The notes: generated by a model from the letters alone, not told the origin. Shown: positions 1 to 10,583, counted from the first letter of the stretch. The stretch is 64,000 nt of DNA from Leptospiraceae bacterium (GCA_040217195.1 JAVJNR010000003.1:768001-832000); one strand, 5' to 3'. Translations and numbers: made by a program.

Positions 1-2
1 TC

Positions 3-164
3 CGTCAGCATATCATACTGCAGGTACTGGGAATGAGCTTTTCTTTAATTGTGCTTCCGGAATTGCCGTGGAGACCAGCTTCAGAGCTAATCGATGAAAC
101 CGTAAAAAGCCTGTTTCTCTGGCTAAGAAATAAGTTGGAACAAGATAGAATCCGCCCGGCTTAG
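3..164 (+). CDS. 3' end of a gene entering from the left edge (hypothetical)
   Basis: Frame open from base 3 to TAG at 162-164 (RQHIILQVLGMSFSLIVLPELPW...RIRPA*); converges on the stop of 161..934. Confidence 0.4.
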   Translation, partial: RQHIILQVLGMSFSLIVLPELPWRPASELIDETVKSLFLWLRNKLEQDRIRPA

Positions 165-934
165 TTCAGAAATGGATAAGGCTCAGCGCGATAGGGATAC
201 CAGACCCAGGGTTCCAGTCCCCAGCGAAAGTCAGAAGGCCAGAGGATGGACTCTGAGTCTTCTGAACGGATCACTTCTTCCAGAATAAACCCATTTTCTT
301 CCAGAGTTTGCCTGTAAACAGTGACCTGGCATTCCTGCGGTGAATACCAGGTAAAGTCCAGAAGATAGATTTCCCCTGGATGAACATTCAATAGCACTTC
401 GGTTTTACATCCTGACTTTCGCTCAACAGAGACCCGAGTGACTCGTAGCCTCCAACTATATCCATCGAAATAAGTTACCTGTTCCATCCTGCTTTCTTGC
501 CACCGAACGTACATCTGCGTTGTTAACTTTGACTCACCGGGAGCAATCCTTCCAGCGTCCATTGCCAGGCGGGGGATATTCCTCGAGTTCTGTTTTCCTT
601 TTACAGGCCGATCGATGCCTGTATAATCGTGGAGCGCCTCATGGAAGACTCCTGCTGTTCCACCCTGGATACTAACTTCGGTATGAATCGTTGACTCAGG
701 AATTTGATTTAATGTATGGAATTTTAGCTTGAGAATGGCAGACGGTTCATTCGCTAACGGAAAACGATAGGCAGAACTATGAAAGAAGCAGGATGTTCCG
801 CCGGTATAAGCATACAGTAAGACGAAGCCACATAGCAACCCTCTGAGGGCTTTTGCACAATGGAGATACGAAAGAACTGGACTGCTATATTTCTGATCAG
901 GACTGAATAACATTAGCGAAAGTCTTCCTCGCAT
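161..934 (-). CDS. hypothetical protein, possible lipoprotein (start uncertain)
   Basis: 257-aa ORF; hydrophobic stretch LLCGFVLLYAYTGGTSC ending in Cys. Confidence 0.6.
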   Translation of the reverse strand: MRGRLSLMLFSPDQKYSSPVLSYLHCAKALRGLLCGFVLLYAYTGGTSCFFHSSAYRFPLANEPSAILKLKFHTLNQIPESTIHTEVSIQGGTAGVFHEALHDYTGIDRPVKGKQNSRNIPRLAMDAGRIAPGESKLTTQMYVRWQESRMEQVTYFDGYSWRLRVTRVSVERKSGCKTEVLLNVHPGEIYLLDFTWYSPQECQVTVYRQTLEENGFILEEVIRSEDSESILWPSDFRWGLEPWVWYPYRAEPYPFLN

Positions 935-1149
935 TTAAGGATGCATCTTGCCAGGGTTTCCTTACATTGATCAATATTCGCAGAGGTTCGGGCCTGCAGC
1001 ATACATATGTTTTGATATTCAACGCAGTTTCTCTTACAGGGAAGAAGCCCGGGATTTTCCCTGAAGGTTTCGCAATGCATGTATGCCAGGCCAAAAACCA
1101 GAAAAAGAGTCATTCCCATCCGTTTTGCTGCCTTTTTACCCTTTCGCAT
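913..1149 (-). CDS. small Cys-rich putative lipoprotein (78 aa)
   Basis: Internal ATG at 1149 gives a basic N-terminus, hydrophobic core and AYMHC lipobox-like Cys, followed by CX3CX6C-X12-CX6CX3C. Confidence 0.65.
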   Translation of the reverse strand: MRKGKKAAKRMGMTLFLVFGLAYMHCETFRENPGLLPCKRNCVEYQNICMLQARTSANIDQCKETLARCILKCEEDFR

Positions 1150-1465
1150 CTCTAGCCTCGATTTTTCTTTGCCATAATTCAGTATCGCATACTCTGCTGC
1201 CGTTGGCTTCCACAAAATAGCTATACAGTGCCCCTGGCGGCCAGGCAAATCCAGAAAGCAAAGAGTCGTATGCATTCCTGATCCAAATTTCCCGGCGCTC
1301 AAGATTTCTCGAAACACCCGCCTATCATACTTGGGGGAGCCAAACATTATATCCGGAAAGATGGCCCGGTGAAAAGCTCCGCAACGCTTTCGAAGTATAA
1401 GCTGGATAAACCAGAGTAGAATACAAAAAAACTATACTGATAGAACCGTTCAGCCACCATCGATT

Positions 1466-1891
1466 ATGGAACCTAGAATCAGCATGATCACTCTTGGAGT
1501 AGACGATGTGCAACGCTCCGTTCAATTCTATGAATCCGGGCTGAAATTGCCCCGATTGGATTTCGAATCCCCGGAGGTGGCTTTCTTTACTCTGAACGGC
1601 ACCTGGCTGGGAATCTTTGGAAAAAAGGATCTCGCAAAAGATGCCGGAGTGGAATTCTCAGAGAGTCAATTTCCTGGTTTTTCCCTGGCGCATAACCTGA
1701 GCAGTGAAGCAGAAGTGGATGAAGTTATGGATACTGTGGTAGCCGCCGGGGCCCGGCTGATCAAAAAACCGCAGAAGGTGTTCTGGGGTGGCTACAGTGG
1801 ATATTTCGCAGACCCGGATGGATATCTATGGGAACTGGCATACAATCCCATGATGTGGATAGGCCCCCCTTCTTCCAGCGAAAAGACCTGA
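1466..1891 (+). CDS. VOC/glyoxalase family protein
   Basis: RISMITLGVDD...FY and FWGGYSGYFADPDGYLWE motifs. Confidence 0.92.
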   Translation: MEPRISMITLGVDDVQRSVQFYESGLKLPRLDFESPEVAFFTLNGTWLGIFGKKDLAKDAGVEFSESQFPGFSLAHNLSSEAEVDEVMDTVVAAGARLIKKPQKVFWGGYSGYFADPDGYLWELAYNPMMWIGPPSSSEKT

Positions 1892-2142
1892 CACTGAATA
1901 TTCCACTAGAACATTAAAGACAGACGGCGTTGCCAGAGTACACAGATGCCCTTGCCATAGCATCGGGCGAAATTACATCTGAGCTCCTGCTCGGCCGGGT
2001 GCACAGTGGCATCCGGAGTTCCACTGATTTGATCAGTAATCAATGTCATTCTGCCCACTAAATCAGTTTCTCCGGTGAATTTAAAATTGCAGAGTCTGTT
2101 GAGTTGGCGCGAAAAATCAAGGCAGCCTGGACTTGCGCCCAA

Positions 2143-2979
2143 CTACTTTCCGTTTAAAGACCAATCATAATCTAAATACTGAACATCCCAGGATCGGAGA
2201 GCATTCTCCGGGCTTTCCATGGACTCCTGCCAGGAAAAGGGAAAGTATTTCCACAATACATTGATTAGTGGTGTTTTGCCCCCGGTAAAATCCTTCTCGA
2301 ACCATTTAAAAATACGCGAAAGATAGATGGTTCGAGTTTTCGGATCTATGCGATTGCGAATCTCAGAAGCCAGAAATTCTTTCAGTTGCTCGTCCAGCTG
2401 TTCGTCGATTCGCTCCGGCGTAAACGCTTCAGTAAGAAGAAGAGGACAACTAACACTGGCGCATACTATTCCTGCATGAATTCGGTAGTCATTGTAATCT
2501 GGTCGCAATATCTGATGCTCTATTCCGTCTAGAGTGTATTGATTGTTTCCAACAGGAAATTTATGAATCTTCCAGATGGTCTGGCCCAGAGCCGTGGAGG
2601 TGTACAGTCCTCCGGCCCCATGAAGATCATTGATGGACTCCACTGGATAACCCAGGCAGATCAAATCCAGGGTAAATGCATTGTATGCATTGATCCAGAA
2701 TGCCAGGCCCTGTTCTCTGGTTTCTATGGTTGTGGTATCCACGGATCTAAATCCCTGCATTACCTTCTCCAGCCGAGGATCTTTGCACATTCCTGCATAG
2801 TCCACATTTCCGTTTTCAACATAATCGGTGAGCAGATTCGTATAACTACTATACAGAGGATCCAGATTGGTTACTGATATCATTCCAACCGGTGGCTCAT
2901 ATGTGCGATCTGGAAGTCCGGAACAATACGAATAGCCCAGGATAAGACCAGCCAACATTAGAATCGGAAAAGGCTTCAT
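2143..2979 (-). CDS. DUF547 domain lipoprotein
   Basis: LAFWINAYNA, TLDGIEHQILR, RIHAGIVCASVSCP, LSRIFKWF and YDWSLN motifs; signal peptide with Cys. Confidence 0.88.
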   Translation of the reverse strand: MKPFPILMLAGLILGYSYCSGLPDRTYEPPVGMISVTNLDPLYSSYTNLLTDYVENGNVDYAGMCKDPRLEKVMQGFRSVDTTTIETREQGLAFWINAYNAFTLDLICLGYPVESINDLHGAGGLYTSTALGQTIWKIHKFPVGNNQYTLDGIEHQILRPDYNDYRIHAGIVCASVSCPLLLTEAFTPERIDEQLDEQLKEFLASEIRNRIDPKTRTIYLSRIFKWFEKDFTGGKTPLINVLWKYFPFSWQESMESPENALRSWDVQYLDYDWSLNGK

Positions 2980-3043
2980 GTAGATTTGTTCGAACTGCGA
3001 ACCGTTCGGTTACTTTTTTAGAGTGTTTCCAGTAGGATAAGAA

Positions 3044-3946
3044 TTAGAGCAACGACCATACGATGGCACCAAGCACCAGGATTCCAAGAAGTAGTCCGCC
3101 AAAGATGGCAAATTGCATGACTGAAATATCGCCTGCAATACCCGCATGATGGCCACCCATGGCCGATGCATCCTGCTTTTTGGAGGAAGGAGTGTATGTT
3201 CGTACCTTGATATTCGTATTTTCTTCCAGGATGTAGCCTTCCCCTTTCCCTGGAAGCTGGATTCGAATCATTGTTTCTTTGCTGTCGGACATTCGCTTCA
3301 TGGAAAGAATTCTTCCCACAGCCTCTGCCCTTCCGTCTTTAACTTCGATCCCCTGATTCTTGAGGTATTTCTCTGTTCCCGGTGCATTTACATCCTTGAA
3401 GCGAACATGAACCCTTTGATCTATTTGTAATCGGAAAAGTGGAATTCCCTGGAATGGAGAAATAATAAAGTTTAATGGCATCCCGGCAGCATCCAGTTCT
3501 GCAGCTTCGGTACGTTTGTTTTCTTCATCCAGATCGCTAATAAGCAATTCGATTTCCGGACTGTGAAGTCCAAGGGAAACCTCCAGATCCTGGGCCCACT
3601 CATATTCCAGTGTTGTAAGATCTCCCGAGTTTAGAAGCTCCACCATACGGTCCGCTTTGACGATGTTTTCGCTATGCGATTGGAGGAAGCGCTGAATGTC
3701 CTGAGTGGCTCCTGGATCCACCTGCCCTTGAAACTCCCTTGTGCGAAGCCAACCGCCAAATTCCTTCCAGGGTGCATCCAGAGGAATGCTCATATATTCG
3801 CTGCCGCTGCCAGCATTACCGCTCCATTCCATTACCTGGGAGCGATCCAAATCTATGAGCAAGAATCCAGTATATATCAACTGGTCACCGGGTATCCTGA
3901 ATTTCAAGACCCGCTTCTGCCCTGAGCTGTCCTTTTTGCCTGCCAC
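3044..3946 (-). CDS. hypothetical protein with C-terminal membrane anchor
   Basis: 300-aa ORF, GTG start, terminal TM helix FAIFGGLLLGILVLGAIVWSLL. Confidence 0.75.
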   Translation of the reverse strand: MAGKKDSSGQKRVLKFRIPGDQLIYTGFLLIDLDRSQVMEWSGNAGSGSEYMSIPLDAPWKEFGGWLRTREFQGQVDPGATQDIQRFLQSHSENIVKADRMVELLNSGDLTTLEYEWAQDLEVSLGLHSPEIELLISDLDEENKRTEAAELDAAGMPLNFIISPFQGIPLFRLQIDQRVHVRFKDVNAPGTEKYLKNQGIEVKDGRAEAVGRILSMKRMSDSKETMIRIQLPGKGEGYILEENTNIKVRTYTPSSKKQDASAMGGHHAGIAGDISVMQFAIFGGLLLGILVLGAIVWSLL

Positions 3947-4094
3947 AATCTTCCTCGGTATGGTTCAGCGTTTTCCAGTGGATCGGACCAGGCCACATCT
4001 TTTTTGTAGAAATCCTGCCCTCGGGCAGAACTTTGGAGCCAGCAATCAGCCCGGGCTTTCTATGGAAGATAGAAGGTCCTTAATGGAGAATGGA

Positions 4095-5381
4095 ATGAAT
4101 CGCGAACGATCCGAGCAGCTATACAAAAGAGCGCTGGAAGTACTTCCAGGCGGGGTTAACAGTCCAGTGCGTGCCTTTCGTTCTGTGGGAGGTACTCCGG
4201 TATTTATGGAATCCGGTGAAGGCTGTGAAGTAGTAGATGTGGATGGCAATCGGTATCTGGACTTCTGTAATTCCTGGGGTCCGCTGATATGCGGCCACCG
4301 ACACCCGGACATAGTGAAGGCTATTCGTGAACAGCTGGATAAGTCTCTTACTCTGGGAATTCCCACTGAAAGCGAAGTGAAGCTGGCGGAATACATTCTG
4401 GATGGATTTCGCAAAGCATTACCGTCGGTTCGAAAAATTCGCTTCGTAAGCTCCGGAACGGAAGCTGTCATGAGCGCGGTGAGGCTGGCCCGTGGCTTCA
4501 CAGGTCGTAATAAGATTATCAAGTTTGATGGATGTTACCACGGCCATTCCGATGCACTTCTGGTAAAAGCTGGTTCCGGCCTGGCTACGGCAGGTATTCC
4601 CGACTCAAGCGGAGTACCGGAAGCCATGACCAGCGATATCATCGTACTGCCACTGGACGACGAAGAAGCCGTAAAGCAGGCTTTCCAATCCCATGGATCG
4701 GAAATTGCTGCCATTATTCTTGAGCCAGTTCCGGCCAACAATGGACTATTGATTCAACGACCAGAATTCCTGCAGTACCTTCGCGACATTACACAGCAGA
4801 ACGGATCGCTATTGATATTTGATGAAGTGATCAACGGCTTTCGCCTGGCCTTTGCCGGTGCTGCCGAGTATCTGGGCATAGAACCGGATCTAATTACTTA
4901 CGGTAAAATTATAGGTGGAGGAATGCCTGTTGGTGCTTTCGCAGGTAGAGATGACATATTCAAGTTGCTGGCACCGGATGGACCGGTGTATCAGGCAGGC
5001 ACATTGAGCGGTAATCCAGTGGCCATGGAAGCCGGTCTTGCACAGATGAAGCTATTGACTCCGGAACTATATAAGAATCTTGAATCAAATCGAAATCAGA
5101 TGCAAGAAGCGTTTAATTCCAGGGACTTCGATTTTAAAATGACCGGAATTGGCTCCATATTCTGGTTCCATTCGGGTGAGGCACCGCGAACATCTGCTGC
5201 CATTGATCGTGATTCTATGAAAACCTATGCGGCTTTATTTCATCATTGTCTGGATCATGGTATTTATATGGCTCCCTCCGGCTATGAAGTTGGATTCTTG
5301 AGCTCTGCCATGCAGCAAAAGGATCTGGATTACTTTCTGGATACTATATTCGCATTCTTCAAGAATGCGCCCGGAGTCTGA
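4095..5381 (+). CDS. hemL: glutamate-1-semialdehyde 2,1-aminomutase
   Basis: PGGVNSPVRAF, SSGTEA, GCYHGH, FDEV, YGKIIGGGMP and YQAGTLSGNP motifs; ATG 4095 with GGAG upstream. Confidence 0.97.
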   Translation: MNRERSEQLYKRALEVLPGGVNSPVRAFRSVGGTPVFMESGEGCEVVDVDGNRYLDFCNSWGPLICGHRHPDIVKAIREQLDKSLTLGIPTESEVKLAEYILDGFRKALPSVRKIRFVSSGTEAVMSAVRLARGFTGRNKIIKFDGCYHGHSDALLVKAGSGLATAGIPDSSGVPEAMTSDIIVLPLDDEEAVKQAFQSHGSEIAAIILEPVPANNGLLIQRPEFLQYLRDITQQNGSLLIFDEVINGFRLAFAGAAEYLGIEPDLITYGKIIGGGMPVGAFAGRDDIFKLLAPDGPVYQAGTLSGNPVAMEAGLAQMKLLTPELYKNLESNRNQMQEAFNSRDFDFKMTGIGSIFWFHSGEAPRTSAAIDRDSMKTYAALFHHCLDHGIYMAPSGYEVGFLSSAMQQKDLDYFLDTIFAFFKNAPGV

Positions 5382-6429
5382 CATGCCAGCGAGAAGACGT
5401 AGTTTTATTCCCACATTTCTGCTACCGGTGCTCTTTCTGGTTATCATTGGACAGCTCATCTGGTGGATGGTCTTCTTTCGCATGCAGGATCAGAAAATGG
5501 CACAAATGCAGCAAGAGCTGGATGCATTACATCTGGAAAGGCTAGATCAGATTTCCCCGGATCAGCCTGACCTCCAGGAAACCGAGATGGCCATTCGCAC
5601 AGAAACTGGCTGGAAGATGAAAGACCAGGTCATTGAAGAGCGAGAAAACGAAAGTCAGCGAAAACGATGGATGCTACTTTCTGAAAGTCTATTTGCTTTT
5701 GCCGTAATGGGAGCAGGTTCTTACTATGTGATCAACGCATTTCGCAAAGAAAAGGAGCTCCTGAAGGAAAAGGAGCTTTTTCTAAATTCCGTCAGCCATG
5801 AATTAAAAACACCCATTGCAGGATTGCAACTAAACCTACAGACTCTACAAAAAAGAAATCTGAATGAATCCAAGCGAGAAGAGATCCTGGATGATACCAT
5901 TTCACAGATTCGCAACCTCAATTCCACGGTGGCCCAGTTGCTACCGGGGGAATTAACATCCGATGCAGGAGGCAAACGTACCGCGGATCTGGAATCAGCT
6001 CTGCGCCTGGGTATTGAAAACCAAAGGGCACTAATAGACAGCAAGAAGGCTAAAATTCATCAAAGCATACCCGAGGTGCATCTGGCCATTCCGGAAGTGC
6101 TTCTGGGAAGGGCTCTGGGGCATATTATCGAAAACAGTTTAATGTACGGACCGGAAGGTGTACAGATCTGGATTCGAACGGAAGAGCATCCAGAACACTG
6201 TCATCTGGTCATCGAAGATAATGGGCCTGGAGTTCCGCCATCGGATTTGAGCCACATTTTCGATCCACTGGTTCGCCTGAATAATCACAAAGGTTATATC
6301 AAAGGCACCGGCATGGGGCTTTACATCGTTCAGGAGATTTTGCATCAATGGTCCGCCGGAATACAGGCAGAGGTGCGAGAAGGAGGCGGCCTGAGAATGA
6401 ACCTGGAAATTCCCCGCCTATCAACCTGA
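5365..6429 (+). CDS. membrane sensor histidine kinase (heme-locus kinase)
   Basis: Two TM segments, SHELKTP H-box, ENSLMY N-box, DNGPG and GTGMGL boxes; lies between hemL and a response regulator. Confidence 0.93.
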   Translation: MRPESDMPARRRSFIPTFLLPVLFLVIIGQLIWWMVFFRMQDQKMAQMQQELDALHLERLDQISPDQPDLQETEMAIRTETGWKMKDQVIEERENESQRKRWMLLSESLFAFAVMGAGSYYVINAFRKEKELLKEKELFLNSVSHELKTPIAGLQLNLQTLQKRNLNESKREEILDDTISQIRNLNSTVAQLLPGELTSDAGGKRTADLESALRLGIENQRALIDSKKAKIHQSIPEVHLAIPEVLLGRALGHIIENSLMYGPEGVQIWIRTEEHPEHCHLVIEDNGPGVPPSDLSHIFDPLVRLNNHKGYIKGTGMGLYIVQEILHQWSAGIQAEVREGGGLRMNLEIPRLST

Positions 6430-6432
6430 TTT

Positions 6433-7128
6433 ATGTCCGGTTCTTCAATTACAACCATACTTCTGGTAGAAGATGAACCATTCCTGCGAAAAGGAATCCG
6501 TCTGAACCTGGAAGCAGAGGGATATCAGGTCATTGACTTTGAAAGAGCCGACCAGGTTCTGGAGCAGCAAAGTTCCTTCTCGGATATCGCTCTTGGGATT
6601 TTCGATATTATGCTTCCGGGGGAACTGGATGGCCTGGAACTTTGCCGTCGAATACGGGCCCGGTCTGATTTTCCAGTGATCTTTCTGACCGCGCGAAGTG
6701 GTCTGGATGATAAACTAGAAGCCTTTCGGTCCGGAGCGGACGACTACTTAACCAAACCTTTTGAACTGGAAGAATTGCTGGTACGGGTACAGGCAAGATT
6801 GAAGAACCGCCCTGCCTCTCAGGTATCCGAGACCATTGGAGAATACAAACTGGAACTGGAATCAGGGGTCGCCACCTCCCCGTCCGATGAGATGATTCGG
6901 TTTAATGAGCGTGAAATCAAGATACTGAGATTATTGGTTCAGAACCGAGGCAGGCCAGTGCATCGAAATGAAATCCTGGACCATGCCTGGTCCAGCGCGG
7001 AAAGTCCCACAAATCGCACAGTAGACAATTACATAGTTAAGTTCCGAAAGATTTTTGAGGATGATCCAACTAACCCTCGCTGGTTCATTACACGCCATGG
7101 ACAGGGATATGAACTGGCTCGCCCCTGA
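6433..7128 (+). CDS. hemR: OmpR/PhoB-family response regulator, HemR-like by context
   Basis: LLVEDE, DIMLPG, FLTA and DDYLTKPF receiver motifs plus winged helix RTVDNYIVKFR; position matches the leptospiral hem locus. Confidence 0.85.
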   Translation: MSGSSITTILLVEDEPFLRKGIRLNLEAEGYQVIDFERADQVLEQQSSFSDIALGIFDIMLPGELDGLELCRRIRARSDFPVIFLTARSGLDDKLEAFRSGADDYLTKPFELEELLVRVQARLKNRPASQVSETIGEYKLELESGVATSPSDEMIRFNEREIKILRLLVQNRGRPVHRNEILDHAWSSAESPTNRTVDNYIVKFRKIFEDDPTNPRWFITRHGQGYELARP

Positions 7129-7288
7129 CCGGTTACCGAGGATACTCCAGGTAAAACCATTCAGTTATTCCCGGAGAGTCGGAGTGTCTTACTTTTTCCT
7201 GCGCAGTCCAGGTCTGCTTGCGCCATGCAGTCTAGCATTCACCTAAATTTGAATCGACTACCTACCCCTGGCCGGACTTTCTTTCCTC

Positions 7289-8335
7289 ATGTCTGACTAT
7301 CCGCTAATTCAAGCATTCTCCGAAAGAAATCATAATTATCTGCCTCTGTGGTACATGCGACAGGCTGGACGCTATCTACCGGAGTACAATGAAATTCGCA
7401 AAGGAAAAACTTTTCTGGATCTAAGTATGAACCCAGAACTCTCCATTGAAGTTAGCCTGCAGCCACATAGACGCTATGGAATGGATGGCATCATAATGTT
7501 TTCCGACATTCTAACCCCTGTTCATGCAGCAGGAATACCGCTGCACTTTGAGGAAGGTAGGGGCCCGGTTCTGGAAAAGACCATTCGCAGCGAAAATGAG
7601 CTCAAACTAATAGACAACTACGATCCAGCCCGGGATAATTCCTATGTAGGCGAAACCTTGCAGGGCATTCAATCATACATTCAGGAATTAAAATCGGAAG
7701 CAAGGCCCGCATTGCTAGGATTTGCAGGGGCTCCCTTTACCCTGGCAAGCTATATCGTAGAAGGATCCACAACCAGAAAATTCGAATTAACCAAGACAGC
7801 CGCCTTTCGTGACACGGATTTCTTTTTGAAGCTGCTGGGAAGGCTGGCAGAGATCACAGCGGATTATCTGGTGTATCAAATTGAAAGTGGTGCGCAGATA
7901 GTGCAGCTATTTGACTCCTGGGGCGGAATCTTACAGTCAGAGGATTATGAAGAATTCTCCGGTCAGTTTAACAGACAGATTCTAAAAACCGTCAGACAAA
8001 AAGCAAAGAAGCCCTTCCGATTTATAATGTTTACCGGTAACTCCGCTCATTTGATGGATCAAATCGCAGCTATGGAGCCGGATGGAATCAGCATAGACTG
8101 GAGAACGCCGGATGAAACCATTCAGCAATTGCCCCCGGAACTAACGCTGCAGGGCAATCTGGATCCGCTCATACTCTACGGTAGTAAAGAAAGAGTCATG
8201 GACGCTACTCAAAAGACTATCCGGCGATTCGCAGGAAAGAAGCATATATTCAATCTAGGACATGGAATTCATCCTTCCACTCCTCTGGAAAATGTTCAGA
8301 CTATGATCGATACGGTGCGAGCCCATAAAGACTGA
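7289..8335 (+). CDS. hemE: uroporphyrinogen decarboxylase
   Basis: WYMRQAGRYLPEY, FSDIL, GFAGAPFTLASY, QLFDSW, QGNLDP and FNLGHGI motifs. Confidence 0.97.
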   Translation: MSDYPLIQAFSERNHNYLPLWYMRQAGRYLPEYNEIRKGKTFLDLSMNPELSIEVSLQPHRRYGMDGIIMFSDILTPVHAAGIPLHFEEGRGPVLEKTIRSENELKLIDNYDPARDNSYVGETLQGIQSYIQELKSEARPALLGFAGAPFTLASYIVEGSTTRKFELTKTAAFRDTDFFLKLLGRLAEITADYLVYQIESGAQIVQLFDSWGGILQSEDYEEFSGQFNRQILKTVRQKAKKPFRFIMFTGNSAHLMDQIAAMEPDGISIDWRTPDETIQQLPPELTLQGNLDPLILYGSKERVMDATQKTIRRFAGKKHIFNLGHGIHPSTPLENVQTMIDTVRAHKD

Positions 8336-8485
8336 ATCTAAAAGTATCTATTGAGAGTTGGGCCAGATGGGTCTGGATTTGAGTGCCGTTTATAGATTCG
8401 GCTGCCGGGTTGGTTCAGCTCCGGTGGCATTCTTACTGATCATACTATTTTGATTACAATCAGACCTGGACCGAATTACACCAAT

Positions 8486-9118
8486 CTAGAGCCCCTGGGA
8501 TGGCCGATCCGCAGGATCATAGATCCATTCTTCGGTATCCCAGCCTTCTTCGTTTTCAATGGGAGACCGCTTTCGATTTTCATAGGCTGTGTCTCCGGTG
8601 CTGTAATAAAGCAATGGATCAAAGCCCTCTTCCTCGGCCGATTCACTGTCCGCATATTGCCAGGGATCTGGTTCAGGCAGTACCTGGAATTCCACCTGAT
8701 CAAAGGGAATGGATTCATAGGCTATTTTTAGAATGTAGGAACCGGGATCCAGAGGTTCGTAATACTGCCGAAATACAACTCCTCCAGCGCCGGACTCAAG
8801 TTCCAATCTTCGAAGGTCAATTTCCACCGGTTCTGGACTTTCGCCGGTAGTGTATAATGCGGCCAGAAATTTCTCTTGATCGAAAGAGCCAGAATCAATG
8901 CGGTAAATCCAGAAGATAGTTTGTGATTCAGAAAAGAAAAGCCGATCTCGCCTAATGCGATAATCCCTGGGATGAAGGAGCCTCTCTTCAATTTCGCCCA
9001 TTCCTTCTTTATTCAAGGCAGCCCAGCCAAAATCACCGGGCTCGGGCTTGCCGCAGTGCAGGGCCAGCAGAATAAAGAACAGGATGCCCGGCAGTCTTCC
9101 GATTGAACGGGAAAGCAT
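8486..9118 (-). CDS. hypothetical lipoprotein
   Basis: ATG 9118 immediately after the upstream gene's stop; ILFFILLALHC lipobox-like signal. Confidence 0.75.
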   Translation of the reverse strand: MLSRSIGRLPGILFFILLALHCGKPEPGDFGWAALNKEGMGEIEERLLHPRDYRIRRDRLFFSESQTIFWIYRIDSGSFDQEKFLAALYTTGESPEPVEIDLRRLELESGAGGVVFRQYYEPLDPGSYILKIAYESIPFDQVEFQVLPEPDPWQYADSESAEEEGFDPLLYYSTGDTAYENRKRSPIENEEGWDTEEWIYDPADRPSQGL

Positions 9119-9119
9119 C

Positions 9120-10583
9120 TTACTTACCCATATCTCCCGCTGAATAGGTCTGCAAAAGAACCTGGGCCTGCCAGCGAGCAATGGCAAAGAATCTGGATAG
9201 AGCGTAAACCTGCATGCTTTCGCTTCCGTATTCCTTTTTTACGTTCCTAAGTACAGCATTCAATGAACCAGGAACATTGATTCCTTTACCCATAAGCTCC
9301 AGAGCCTTTTCCTCCTTGATTCCGTAGTACTTCATGTAGGAACGTCTGAAGAACTGGGAAGACTCTGTATTCGACTCTGCATAGGATCTGAATGAATTAT
9401 GAATCTGCCCCATCAGGTTTCGAGCCGATTCGCTTCCCAGATTCTCGCTCATGATCTGGCTTAGAAGACCAACATATCTTTTAGATTGTGCCTCGGTGTA
9501 TGGAAGCCTGGAATAATTTCCCGGACGTATTCTTGTAACAGTGGGCTTCTTCTGGGGACGAGGCTGGGGACGAACTCTTGGCTCGGTATCAACGGCCACT
9601 TCAGGTTCCTTTTTCTCTTCGCGCTTGGGCTCTTTTGAGGCCTCGTCTTTCAACTCTTCCAGCAAAGCCTGAGGCTCCATATCTCGCATACGGGCCATGG
9701 CAACGATGGCTGCGGCCTGAGTTTCTGTTCCGTCAACGTTCAGAAATACTTTCTTCAGCGCATTATAGCTTTCATCGGAGTATTCTGTTTCGCCCAGAGA
9801 TTCCATTGCCTGATGCAGGACTTCTGAATTTTCATTTCTGTAATTCAGGACTATGGAACGCAGAACAGGCACTACCAGATCATTATCATTCAACTGAGTT
9901 AGATAACGAATGGCGAACAGTCGTGTAGGATGATTCGCATCGGCGGCGGATTGCAGCATATACTCTGCTGCGCCGCCAGTCTTGATTCTGGACATTGCAT
10001 CGAACGCAGCAGCCGGATCGATACTGTTTTCAGCCATATATTTCAATTGAGGGACAGATTCTTCCAGGCCATGCTCGGCGAAAATCCGGGCCATATCGCC
10101 GTTTAGAATGGTTCGATCCTTTTCAGCCATGGATAGCAGGAACTGGGCTGAAGGCTTATCGCCTTGCTGAATCATGTATTTTCCCACAACGGAGTTATAC
10201 AACCCGGGGTCCTGATTCACCCGGCTTCGAATAAAATCTGCAGTTATGGAATCATTTCGTTTGAGTAATCGGGCAATGATGGCTTCTTTCTGTGGCTTCT
10301 CGGAAAATCCGCCGGAGCCATAAAGTTTCATCAGTGCATCCCGTCCGGACTCCGGGCCCATAGAATCGAGTAATGAAATAGAACGGTCCTTCTGGCTTTC
10401 CGGAATCTGGGAGCTGTTCTCCAGAATCTGCCGGGCCACCTCATCTCCACCGCCTTCCTCAATGAGCTGCTGCGCCCTGTCATAGAATTCCGGTTCTTGA
10501 ACCGATGGACCGGAACATTGCACAATAAGTAGAGTCAGAGAGACTACGGCATAGATAGCCCAGTTTTTAAGATTATAGTTCAT
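9120..10583 (-). CDS. lipoprotein with HEAT/ARM-like helical repeats
   Basis: LLIVQC lipobox; repeated helices such as RLFAIRYL, HQAMESLGE and AAAIVAMARM; Pro/Lys/Glu linker. Confidence 0.72.
   Translation of the reverse strand: MNYNLKNWAIYAVVSLTLLIVQCSGPSVQEPEFYDRAQQLIEEGGGDEVARQILENSSQIPESQKDRSISLLDSMGPESGRDALMKLYGSGGFSEKPQKEAIIARLLKRNDSITADFIRSRVNQDPGLYNSVVGKYMIQQGDKPSAQFLLSMAEKDRTILNGDMARIFAEHGLEESVPQLKYMAENSIDPAAAFDAMSRIKTGGAAEYMLQSAADANHPTRLFAIRYLTQLNDNDLVVPVLRSIVLNYRNENSEVLHQAMESLGETEYSDESYNALKKVFLNVDGTETQAAAIVAMARMRDMEPQALLEELKDEASKEPKREEKKEPEVAVDTEPRVRPQPRPQKKPTVTRIRPGNYSRLPYTEAQSKRYVGLLSQIMSENLGSESARNLMGQIHNSFRSYAESNTESSQFFRRSYMKYYGIKEEKALELMGKGINVPGSLNAVLRNVKKEYGSESMQVYALSRFFAIARWQAQVLLQTYSAGDMGK

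Noticed and set aside
1150..1347. Long N-terminus of ORF 913..1347
   Set aside because: The signal peptide begins at ATG 1149; the upstream part looks non-coding
1906..2142. 78-aa ORF after the DUF547 gene
   Set aside because: TTG start, no motif; cannot be supported
3741..4094. 118-aa N-terminal extension of HemL
   Set aside because: Overlaps the divergent 3044..3946 gene; HemL similarity and an RBS begin at 4095
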